Below are positions 20,957 to 30,259 of a DNA stretch of 64,000 nt, piece by piece (the first letter of the stretch is position 1; every line of letters begins with the position of its first letter). The stretch comes from an uncultured Actinomycetota bacterium. GTDB lineage: Bacteria; Actinomycetota; Actinomycetes; Actinomycetales; Demequinaceae. Made by a program: the position numbers and the translations under genes. The DNA lies in contig CAVUPQ010000004.1 of assembly GCA_963743485.1 (NCBI GenBank), positions 279,292 through 343,291 on the forward strand. The letters run 5' to 3'. Below the pieces are notes generated by a model. The model was not told where the DNA came from. It worked only from the letters and a program-made list of their open reading frames with translations, and searched no databases.

Positions 20957-22196
20957 GCCGCGCCCGCCTTCTCGAACCGGAACTGGGCCACGTCCAGGTA
21001 GTCCGTCTCGAATCCCGCCTCGCTGTAGGCCAGGTAGAACTCCCAGATGCGCCGGAAGCGCTCGTCGAACCCCAGGGGCTCGATGGCCGCCCAGTTCTGC
21101 GTTGAACGTCGAGCGCCAGCGGCGGAGCGTCTCGGCGTAGTGGTGCCCGAAGTGGAACTGCTCCGTGATCCGCATCGAGGTCCTCGCCGTGCACTCCTCG
21201 ATCGCGCGCACCGACGGGATGAGGCCGCCGGGGAAGATGTGTTTCTGGATCCAGCTCAGCGCGCGACGCGTCACCCGGTACCGCTCGTGGGACATGAGGA
21301 TGGCCTGGACGACGGCGACGCCGCCGGGAGCGAGGAGGCGATCGATCGCGTCGAAGTAGGTCTGCCAGTACTCCTCGCCCACCGCCTCGATCATCTCGAT
21401 GCTCACCACGGCGTCGTACTCGCCGGTGACCTCGCGGTAGTCCTGAATCCGGATGTCGATCCGATCCGAGACCCCGGCGGCCTTCGCGCGGGCCCGAGCG
21501 AGTTCCGCCTGCTCCACGGACAGGGTCACCGTCGTGACGACGGCGCCGCGCTTCGCCGCGCGGATCGCGAGCGTCCCCCACCCGGTTCCGATTTCCAGGA
21601 GCCGCGTACCCTTCCCGACGCGGGCACGATCGAGCGCGGCGTCTACCTTGCGCTCTTGCGCCTCCTGGAGGGTCTGCTCCGCCCATGGCCGCGCGTCATC
21701 GAACATCGCGGAGCTGTACGTGAGCGTGGGGTCGAGGAACTGCGCGAACAGGTCGTTGCTGAGGTCGTAGTGCGCCTCGATGTTCTTCTTGGACCCCTCG
21801 ATCGAATTCCGCATGGACCGCGGGATGCGCTGCTCGGCGAGCGAGCTGATGCGCTGTACCCACATCGGCACGGCGTCGTCGATCACGCGCGCGAACGGAT
21901 ACATCGCGACGGCGAGGTCCGTGCCCTCGCTCGGCCTCCAGTCGCCCTCGACGTAGGCGTCGCCGAAGCCGATCTTGGGCTCGTGGCCGACGCGCCGGAA
22001 GAAGGCGCTCGAGTCGACGACGTCGATGCTCGGCGCTCTCGGACCCCCGCCGCCGAGGATCGTGCCGTCGTCGAGCACGATCCGCGCGTCGACCTTCGGG
22101 AGGACGATCCCGGCGACCTTCCTGGCGACGTAGCCGTGAAGGCAGGGGCGGCGGGTGCTCGCCGCGCATGCATCGGGGGTGGTTCGTGGCGCTCAT
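20953..22196 (-). pseudogene. cyclopropane-fatty-acyl-phospholipid synthase family SAM-dependent methyltransferase, frameshifted at both ends
   Basis: The core in ORF 20372..22078 carries NIEAHYDLSNDLFAQFLDPTLTYSSAMF, LLEIGTGWGTLAIRAA (SAM motif I) and IEMIEAVGEEYW. The N-terminus MSATNHP starts at 22196 in another frame. The C-terminus ...EFYLAYSEAGFETDYLDVAQFRFEKAGAA is read in a third frame ending at 20953. Confidence 0.85.
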
Positions 22197-22950
22197 CGGA
22201 CTGCCTCCTGGGTGTGCGGTGCGCGAGGGTAGACGGGGAGTCGTCGCGCCCACAGCGCGAGGGCGTGGACGCGGATGAGAAGGGTGGTGACGTGCGGCAT
22301 GAGGCCGTGGCGTCGCAATGACTGCGGCGATGGCGCGCGGAGTCGCGGGGCGAGCGGCACCGCCGACGGTCGCGTCGACGACGCGCGCGCCGTCGCGCTC
22401 GAGCCGGACGCCGACCAGAACGTCCCGGGGCGTGACCTTGAGCCGCATCTCGTAGGAGCCTCGCATGTCATTGAAGGGCGAGACGTAGAAGCCCTTCTCC
22501 ACGGTAGCGCGGGCGGCCTCGTCGGGCGAGAGCAGGTACGCGTGGCGCTCGCGGTAGGTGTTATGGACCTCGACAAGCGCCGCGCGAAGTGTGTGGTCCG
22601 CGCGGACGATCCAGAAGGCGGAGAGGGAGTCGAACGCGTATCCGAACATGCGCGCGTGGGCGAGCATCAGCACTCGGTCCGTTGCGTCCATCTGGACGCC
22701 CCGGCGAGCGAGGAACCGCTGCCACGTCGCCGCGGATGCCGCCCCCGCGCCTCCCCCGGTCCAGGTGGTCCTTCGCGTCGAACCTCGCGATCCAGCGCAG
22801 GCCGCGCGGGAGTTGCGGCAGGGCGTCGACGTCCACGAGCCAGTGGTAGTGGCGGTACTTGAACGAGTGGACCGCGGGGCGGTGGCGCGTGTGCGCCACG
22901 TGCCCCACGATCAGCGCGGGGAGGGCGGGAGCCTCGAAGGCGACGGTCAC
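22193..22950 (-). pseudogene. DUF1365 domain-containing protein, frameshifted
   Basis: GTG at 22950: VTVAFEAPALPALIVGHVAHTRHRPAVHSFKYRHYHWLVDVDALP (DUF1365-like start), in the frame of 22561..23328. The middle MLAHARMFGYAFDSLSAFWIV...FYVSPFNDMRGSYEMRL lies in 21696..22691. The end lies in 22193..22576. ATGA/GTGA overlaps with both neighbours. Confidence 0.75.
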
Positions 22951-24265
22951 CGCGTCGCCCCCGCCGGAACCCTCTCCGTGGCGACCTCGCGTCCCTGGAC
23001 GCCCCAGGTCGCCCCGAGGCGCGCGGCGGCCTCGATGCCCGACCGGCAGCCGTCCTCGTGGAAGCCCCAGCCCAGGTGCGCGCCCGCGAAGGCGAGCGTC
23101 GGGCCGCCGGCCTCGCGCAGGCGGGACGCGGCCGCGACCGCCTCGTGGGTGAAGATCGGGTGGCGGTACGTCATCCTCGCGATCACCGAGTCCTCGTCGA
23201 CCTGGTCGCCCGGGTTGAGGGTGACGGCCAGGGTATCGGGAACGTCGACGCGGTGGAGGTGATTCATCCAGTACGTCACCAGCACGCGATCGGCGGGCGA
23301 GTCGCACCCGCGCATGCGGTAGTTCCACGATCCGCGCGCCGCGGGGATCTCGGGCAGAACGGAGTCATCGCGGTGGAGGTACGTGAGGTTCTCGGAGTAG
23401 CCCACCGCCGCGAGGTCGGCGCGCTCGGCGTCCGTGGCGTCCGTGAGGATCGCGAGCGTGTCATCCGCGTGGGTGGCGATGACGGCCTGGTCGTACGCCG
23501 CGACGGTGCCGTCGGCCGCCGTCACCTCGACGCCATCAGGCGTCCGTCGCACGGCGGTGACGGCGCTGTTCGCGCGGACGTCTCCGAGCGCGGCGAGCAG
23601 CTTCTCGACATAGACGCGCGAGCCGCCCACGACCGTGCGCCACTGGGGCGCCCCGAGGAGGCGCAGCAGCCCATGGTGGTCGAGGAAGGCGAACAGGTGG
23701 CGCGCCGGGTAGTTGCGGGTGTCCTCGTCGCCCGAGGACCACACGCACGAGACGAGCGGTACGGCGAAGTGGTCGATGAAGTACCGGGAGAATCCGCCCT
23801 CGTCCAGGAACTCTCCCCAGGTCTGGCGGTTCTCGCCCTCCGCCAGGACGCGCCGGGCCCGGCGGTGGAAACGCGGGACCTCGGCGAGCATCCGGAGGAA
23901 CCGCAGGTCGAAGGCCCGGCGGGGCTGCGGCGAAGATTCCGCGGATGCCGCGCGAGCCGACGTACGACAGCCCGCACCCCTCGCACGTGACGCTCATGCT
24001 CATCTCGGTGTCCTGCGTCGGGAACGTCGAGTTCGCGGAAGATGCGCAGAAGGTTCGGGTACGTCCGCTCGTTGTGGACGATGAATCCGCTGTCGATCGG
24101 CACCTCGGTCCCGTCAGAGAGCAGGACGTCGTGCGTGTGCGCGTGGCCGCCGAAGCGCCGGTCCGCCTCGTAAAGGGTCACGCGGTGGCTGTCCCGCATC
24201 GCGTAGGCGGCCGCGAGGCCGGAGATGCCGGATCCAATGACGGCGACGCTCGGCTTGGTGCTCAT
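22947..24265 (-). pseudogene. NAD(P)/FAD-dependent oxidoreductase (amine-oxidase-like), frameshifted (first gene of operon)
   Basis: ORF 23522..24265 starts MSTKPSVAVIGSGISGLAAAYAM (GxGxxG)...DSGFIVHNERTYPNLLRIF. The frame is lost near 24000. The remainder is in ORF 22947..23891 (RYFIDHFAVPLVSCVWS...GAHLGWGFHEDGCRSG). Confidence 0.8.
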
Positions 24266-24295
24266 CGAACTCTCCCTGCTAGGTGGAACAAACGT

Positions 24296-24345
24296 TAGAC
24301 AGGAACATTAGACATTCCCTAGACATCTTGTCAAGGGTTTGTCTA
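24296..24345. promoter_or_regulatory. candidate CarH/LitR-type operator: three direct TAGACA repeats plus one inverted copy
   Basis: TAGACA occurs at 24296-24301, 24309-24314 and 24320-24325 (spacing 13 and 11 bp). An inverted TGTCTA occurs at 24340-24345. All lie in the 145-bp divergent spacer next to a B12-binding MerR regulator. An AT-rich hexamer repeated four times in 50 bp of about 70% GC DNA is very unlikely by chance. Confidence 0.6.
24305..24334 (-). promoter_or_regulatory. putative sigma-70-type promoter of the oxidoreductase-DUF1365-CFAS-SDR operon
   Basis: On the reverse strand there is a perfect -35 TTGACA (24334..24329), an 18-nt spacer and a -10 TAATGT (24310..24305), about 40 nt upstream of the ATG at 24265. 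The TAGACA repeats overlap the spacer and the -10. Confidence 0.45.
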
Positions 24346-24410
24346 AGATGAGGTCGTTCACTACTGTTCGACCAAGGCCCCCACGACGGGCCCACGACAG
24401 AGAGCTCAGG

Positions 24411-24845
24411 ATGATCCTCGACATTCATGTCCCGACCACCGCGAACCCGAAGGCCGTCTTCGACTACCTCGCCGACTTCACGACGACGACCGAGTGGGAC
24501 CCGGGCACGGTCCAGACGACCCTCGCCTCGGGCCACGGCGGCGTCGGCACCACCTACCTCAACCGGTCCCGCTTCGCCGGGCGCGTGAGCGAGCTCACCT
24601 ACACGGTGATCGAATACGACGCGCCGCGCCTGATCCGGCTCCGCGGCGCGAACGCCTCCGTGACCGCGATCGACACCATCTCCATCGAGACCAAAGGGTC
24701 GTCCTCCGTCGTGACCTACGAGGCGGCCTTCACCTTCCGCGGGATCGCGAAGCTTGCGAGCCCCTTCATGGGTCGCGCGTTCGCCAAGCTGCGGGACGAG
24801 GCCGAGCGCGGCCTGCGCGAGGCGCTCGATGCGCTCGAGGGCTAG
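24411..24845 (+). CDS. SRPBCC family (polyketide cyclase/START-like) protein
   Basis: Inside ORF 24339..24845; the ATG at 24411 gives 144 aa (MILDIHVPTTANPKAVFDYLADFTTTTEWDPG...), the usual SRPBCC size and N-terminus. Alternative starts are 24339 and 24348. Confidence 0.7.
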   Translation: MILDIHVPTTANPKAVFDYLADFTTTTEWDPGTVQTTLASGHGGVGTTYLNRSRFAGRVSELTYTVIEYDAPRLIRLRGANASVTAIDTISIETKGSSSVVTYEAAFTFRGIAKLASPFMGRAFAKLRDEAERGLREALDALEG

Positions 24846-24857
24846 GCGCCGCGACCC

Positions 24858-25845
24858 ATGTACACGATCAAGCACGCGGCCGAGTTGACGGGGGTTCCCG
24901 TCGCGACGCTGCGCGCCTGGGAGAAGCGCTACGGGATCGTCAGCCCTACCCGCTCCGACAACGGCTACCGCGTGTACAGCGACGCGGACGTCGACGCGCT
25001 ACGCAGCATGGACGCGCTCGTCCGCGATGGCTGGACGCCGGCGCAGGCCGCGGCGAAGGTGACCCGGGACGGTGCGCCGTCACGTACCGCCGCAGCCAGC
25101 GCCTCCGCCCCGACTCCCGTGGACCCGGTCTCCCCGGACGACGTTCCTCCCGCCCCGGACGTCCCGCGGCCGCCGGTCGAACGCCTCCCGGCGGACCCGG
25201 GCCACCGCGCCCCCGCCGTCCTGCCCGCGGACATTGAGGAGTTCCTCGACGCCGCGGAGCACATGGACGCCGAGAGGCTCGCGGCCATCCTGAACGACCG
25301 CTTCATGCGGGCGCCGTTCGAGACGACGCTCGACGAGTGGCTCCTGCCCGCGCTGCGGTCGCTCCTCGAGGCGTCGAGCCGTGGACGGATCTCCGCGATG
25401 GCGGAGAACCTCGCCACCCACACCGTCATGCGGCGCGTCGCGATGGCGTTTGAGAGCACGGCACACCCCGAGAATGGGCCGCGGATCGTGGTGGGTCTCG
25501 CTCCTGGGTCGCGCCACGAGCTCGGTTCGCTCTCCATTGCAACGGCCGCGCGGCGGGCCGGGCTCTCCGTCACGTACCTCGGCCGAGACCTCACATATGC
25601 CAGCTGGATCGAGGCCGTCGACGCTCGAAAGCCTGCGGCCGTCGTCGTCATGGTGGTCGAGTCCAAGGACGCCCCGGCCGTCACGGAGGTGCTCGCCGAA
25701 CTGCGGCGCGCGCACGCTGAGCTGCGCACCATCGTCGCCGGCCGCTTCACGCACCTGGTCCCCGATCCGGTCGAGCGCTTCGGACCCAAACTGGGCGCGC
25801 GACACCAAGGCCCTCGCGGCGGAACTCCTCGCCGCGGAGCGCTAG
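24858..25845 (+). pseudogene. MerR family regulator with C-terminal cobalamin-binding domain (CarH/LitR-like), frameshift near the 3' end
   Basis: MerR HTH: YTIKHAAELTGVPVATLRAWEKRYGIVSPTRSDNGYRVYSDADVDAL. After a Pro-rich linker there is a helical-bundle motif W-x9-E (WLLPALRSLLE) and a Rossmann-like B12 domain RIVVGLAPGSRHELGS (HxxG). ORF 24858..26066 loses sense after about 25795. The C-terminus DTKALAAELLAAER is in the frame ending at 25845. Confidence 0.7.
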
Positions 25846-25944
25846 TTCCTGCTCCTCACGGATCCCCTCCCGCAGGAGAGCACGCCTCACGGTCGGGCCT
25901 CACCACGCGTCCCTCACCTATGAACGCCGTGAGCCCGCACGGCC

Positions 25945-26487
25945 CTAGGGCGCCAAGACCTCCCGCGGCGTTCCCTCGCATGGGACCCCGCGCGAGAGGT
26001 TCGCGCTCGAAGACCCGGAGACGATCTCAAGGCAGTAGCCGCCGTTGCCGTCAACGTAGAAGTTGATCGTCGGGTTATCGGACTCGGCCTTGATGATCTG
26101 GTCGCCCACGTAGAAGTTCTCACCGTCAAACACAATGTTGGCGATCACGAGGTCGTCGTGAGCATCCTGGAACTCGCTGATCGCCCTGTCAACGTTGGCG
26201 ACATCCTTGCCGGAACTCCCCGCCCACTCAACAACGACCCTGCCGTCGTCCCAGTTGGCCGCCGTCCAGACTCCCACGCCGACGGTGATCGCCAGCCACA
26301 CGGTGCTCCACACGACCGCGAAGAGGGACATGCCCCGGTTGGTCGCCTGCCCGCGCTTGGCGGCACCGAGGCCAAGGATTCCGAAGATGAGACCGATCAC
26401 TTGGGTTCCGCACAGGAGCGCCGTGATCAGCCCGACGACTCCCATCCAGTTCTTGGACTTGTCCGTGGTGGTGTCCGGCGTTGTCAT
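25945..26487 (-). CDS. DUF4190-like membrane protein with C-terminal extracytoplasmic domain
   Basis: Intact 180-aa ORF with two TM helices (NWMGVVGLITALLCGTQVIGLIFGILGLGAAKRG; MSLFAVVWSTVWLAITVGVGVW). Confidence 0.7.
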   Translation of the reverse strand: MTTPDTTTDKSKNWMGVVGLITALLCGTQVIGLIFGILGLGAAKRGQATNRGMSLFAVVWSTVWLAITVGVGVWTAANWDDGRVVVEWAGSSGKDVANVDRAISEFQDAHDDLVIANIVFDGENFYVGDQIIKAESDNPTINFYVDGNGGYCLEIVSGSSSANLSRGVPCEGTPREVLAP

Positions 26488-26617
26488 CGCTACTTCCTCT
26501 CATTGATGCTTTCCACGGTAGCGAAACTCACGGGCGCCCGCCCGGCCAGTCACGCGGCGGCCACGGAGTGGTAACGGTTGCGCCCAACGATCGCGGCTCG
26601 CCAAGCGTCTCCCTACT

Positions 26618-27607
26618 ATGAACATCATGAGCACACGCACCCTTGCCGCCCCGCGCCGCGCCGGCCGCGGCGCCTTCGTCGCCTCACTCGTCGCCCTTGG
26701 CGCCTTGCTGGCCGGATGCTCTTCCTCGGCCGACGGCGGCACCCTCGCGGGGTACGGCGGCGACGCGGGCTACGCCAACGACGAGCTCGCCAATGCCCCG
26801 GTCGCCCAGACCGACAGGTCCTCGGCAGCCGAGGCCCCACAGGCCACGGCCGCGGACCGGTCCGTGATCATCACGGGCACCATGTACATGACGGTCGAGG
26901 ACCCCATCGCGGCGGCCGACCGGGCCGCCAGCATCGTTCAGAACGCGGGCGGCCGCATCGACGCGCGCAACGAGACCGCGCCCGACGAGCACTACGGCGG
27001 CTCGGCCTCGCTGACGCTGCGGATCCCCGTCGAACCACCTCGACGCGGTGGTCGAGGACCTGCGCACGCTGGGAACGGTGGACCAGTTCAGCACCGACTC
27101 CTACGACGTCACGACCCAGGTAACGGACCTGGAGGCTCAGATCTCGACGCTGCGCGCCTCGACCGGGCGCATCGAGGCCCTGCTCGGCCAGGCCAAGGAC
27201 ATCTCCGACATCATCACGCTCGAGAACGAGTTGGACCGCCGCCAGGCGCAGCTCGAGAGCCTCGAGGCGCAGCAGCGCGGCCTCGACGACCAGGTGTCGA
27301 TGTCGACATCGACCTGTCGCTCACCACCGAGCCGGTCGTCATCGTCGAGGATGACGGCCCCACAGTCCTTCTGGGATGGCCTGGTGTCCGGCTGGGACGG
27401 CGCTCGTGGCCTTCCTCTCGGGCGCGGCGATCGTCGTCGGCGTGATGCTGCCGTGGCTCGTGCCTGATCGCGTCCATCATCGCGGTGCCGGTGGTGCTCG
27501 TCGTGGCCGCGCGCGACGCGAAGTCCGCGCGCCGCGACGCCGAGCCGACGCTGCCCAGCGCGCCAGGCGTCGCGACGCACGACGTGCAGCCCGGGCGGCC
27601 GGCCTAG
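26618..27607 (+). pseudogene. DUF4349 domain-containing lipoprotein, multiple frameshifts
   Basis: ORF 26618..27445 starts MNIMSTRTLAAP...LVALGALLAGCSS (lipobox)...SVIITGTMYMTVEDPIAAADRAASIVQNAGGRIDAR. The coiled-coil part VTDLEAQISTLRASTGRIEALLGQAKDISDIITLENELDRRQAQLESLEAQQRGLDDQV is in ORF 27048..27467. The C-terminal TM segments are in other frames, and the stop is at 27605-27607. Confidence 0.7.
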
Positions 27608-30046
27608 ACCGTCGCAGTCACCTGGACCGTCGCGCCGGCGGGCGCGTAGGGGACGGTGTTGCCCTCGATCGCCTGCCGTCGACCGTGAGCTTCGCGCCCT
27701 TGCCGCCGGAGTTCTTCACGGAGATCACGTAGGTCGCACCGCGGACCTTGCGGGTGCACCGTGAACTCGGCGATCTCCTTGCCGATGCAGGGATCGACGA
27801 CGAGGCCGTCCTAGTCGGCGCGCACGCCGAGGAGGTACTGGGAGACGGTGACGAAGTTCCAGGACGCCGTGCCCGTGAGCCACGAGTTCTTGGCCTCGCC
27901 GTGGCGCGAGGCGTCCTTGCCCGCGATCATCTGCGCGTAGACGTAGGGCTCGAGGCGGTGGACCTCGGAGATCTCCTCGCGGTACGCCGGGGTGATCTGC
28001 TTGTAGTACTCCCACGCGTGCTCGGCGCGGCCGACGATGGTCTCGGCGATGATGACCCACGGGTTGTTGTGGCAGAAGATGCCGGCGTTCTCCTTGTAGC
28101 CCGGGGGGTACGTGGAGACCTCGCCCAGACTCGATGTGGTACTCGGTGTACGCCGGGTTGCTGCAGCACGATGCCGTGGGGAGTGTTGAGGCGCTCCCGC
28201 GCCGAGTCGAGCGCCTTGATCGCCTTGCCGTCGTCGACGCCGATGCCGCCCATGACGCAGAAGCCCTGGGGCTCGATCCAGATCTGGCCCTCGTCGTTCT
28301 CGTTGCGAGCCGACCTTGTTGCCGAAGAAGTCGTAGGCGCGCAGGAACCACTCGCCGTCCCAGCCGTGTGCTCGACGACGGCTCCGTCATGTCCGCGACC
28401 GCCTTCTCGGCGCGCGTCCGCCTCCGCCTCGTCTCCGCGTCGTCGGGCGAGCGCCGCGTAGTCGGGGCCGATCGCGCAGAACATGCCCGCGATGAAGACG
28501 GACTCCGCCACGCCGCCCGCCTGGTTCTCCGTGGTCTGGAAGGACTCGCCAGGGGTCGAGGAGAAGCAGTTGAGGTTGAGGCAGTCGTTCCAGTCCGCGC
28601 GGCCGATGAGCGGCAGCCCGTGCGGCCCAGCGTTGTCGAGCGGGTGGTCGAAGGAGCGCTTGAGGTGCTCCATGAGCGTCTGCGCGCGCGACTCGTCGTT
28701 GTCGAACGGCACCATCTCGTCGAGGATCGCGAAGTCGCCCGTCTCCTTGACGTAGGCGGCGACGCCCGAGGATCAGCCACAGCGGGTCGTCGTTGAAGCC
28801 GCGAGCCGAGCGCGTTGTTCCCGCGCTTGGTGAGCGGCTGGTACTGGTGGTACGCGCTGCCGTCCTCGAACTGCGTCGAGGCGATGTCGATGATGCGCTC
28901 GCGGGCGCGCTCGGGGACCAGGTGCACGAAGCCCGAGCAGGTCCTGGTTCGAGTCGCGGAAGCCCATGCCGCGGCCGATGCCCGGTCTCGAAGTACGAGG
29001 CGCGAGCGCGACATGTTGAAGGTCACCATGCACTGGTACTGGTTCCAGATGTTGACCATGCGGTTGAGCTTGTCGTCGCCCGACTCCACCGTGTACGAGC
29101 CGAGCAGCTCGTCCCAGTACGCGTTGAGCTTGGCGAACTCGGCGTCGGTCGCCTCGCGTCGTGGCGAAGCGGCGTCAGCAGCGCCTTGGCGCCCTTCTTG
29201 TTGATGACGCCCGGGGCCTCCCACTTGTCGTCCTCGGCGTTCTCGAGGTAGCCGAGCACGAAGATGAAGCTCTTGGTCTCGCCCGGGGCGAGCTCCACCT
29301 CGAGCTGGTGCGAGGCGCACGGGTACCAGCCCGATGCGATCGAGTTGCGCGGCCTTGCCCGCGTGCGGCACGGCGGGCTCGTCGAAGCCGTTGCCGTAGC
29401 CGAGGAAGGTGTCGCGGTCCGTGTCGAAGCCCGCGACGGGCGCGTTGACGCCGTAGACCGCGTAGTGGTTGCGCCGCTCGCGGTATTCGGTCTTGTGGTA
29501 GATCGCGCCGTCCTCGACCTCGACCTCGCCGATCGAGAGGTTGCGCTGGTAGTTCGTCTGGTCGTCCTCGGCGTTCCACAGGCAGAACTCGACGAAGCTG
29601 AACAGCGAGAACGTCTTGGCGCGCGTCTGACGTGTTCGTCGAGCGTGACCTGGTGGACCTCCGCGTTGACGTCGACCGGGCACGAAGAACAGGACGCGAC
29701 GCGCGCAGCCCGCCGCGCTCGCCCGTGATCCGCGTGTAGCCCATGCCGTGGCGGCACTCGTAGAAGTCGAGTTCCGTCTTGTACGGGCGGTACGACGGGC
29801 TCCACACGTCGCCGCCGTCGTTGATCGAGAAGATAGCGGCCGCCGTCGTCGACCGGGGCGTTGTTGTAGCGGTAGCGCGTCAGCCGGCGCATCTTGGCGT
29901 CGCGGTAGAAGCAGTACCCGCCGCCCGTGTGCGAGACGAGCCCGAAGAACTCCTGGGAGCCCAGGTAGTTGATCCACGGGATACGGGGTGTGCGGGGTCG
30001 CGATGACGTACTCGCGGGCTTCGTCGTCGAAGTGTCCGAACTTCAT
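27604..30046 (-). pseudogene. GH94 cellobiose (or chitobiose) phosphorylase, many frameshifts
   Basis: N-terminus: MKFGHFDDEAREYVIATPHTPYP (ORF 27725..30046). Further recognisable GH94 segments are scattered over all three reverse frames. They include RYRYNNAPVDDGGRY, WSPSYRPYKTELDFYECRHGMGYTRI, FSLFSFVEFCLWNAEDDQTNYQRNLSIGEVEVEDGAIYHKTEYRERRNHYAVYG, VNIWNQYQCMVTFNMSRS, CLNLNCFS...GESFQTTENQAGGVAESVFIAGMF and GHDGAVVEH...[14 protein letters not shown]. The protein ends ...VQVTATV. Confidence 0.85.
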
Positions 30047-30103
30047 TTTCGGGGGGCGCCTTCCGTCTGGTGCCGACTTTCTGGGGTCAGCCTACTTGAA
30101 CCG

Positions 30104-30117
30104 TGGGAGCGCTTCCA
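30104..30117. promoter_or_regulatory. CebR/CelR-type LacI-family operator (cellobiose regulon box)
   Basis: TGGGAGCGCTTCCA matches 13 of 14 positions of the actinobacterial palindrome TGGGAGCGCTCCCA. It lies 58-71 nt upstream of the GH94 start codon (30046, reverse strand). Confidence 0.7.
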
Positions 30118-30259
30118 CGGCCTGGCCGGAAATGCGCCTTTTGCCCGCAATGTGAGGTCTTCCGCCGCGCTGACGGGCGGACGCGCGTTAGTCATGGATG
30201 GAGCCTTCGAGGGGCCGCGCGAGCCATGGAAGACAGCGGGCGTGGCGCCTCGCGCGCAG

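Noticed and set aside
24339-24410. Longer SRPBCC start (TTG 24339 or ATG 24348)
   Set aside because: The added N-terminal 24 residues (SKMRSFTTVRPRPPRRAHDRELR) are basic and low-complexity and would overlap the operator repeats. The 144-aa version from 24411 matches the usual family length. The choice remains uncertain.
25846-25944. Repeated CTCAC(G/C) motifs and a 7-bp inverted repeat in the convergent spacer after the MerR gene, as a possible terminator
   Set aside because: The stem is short, the loop is very long and there is no U-tract. This is not convincing as an intrinsic terminator.
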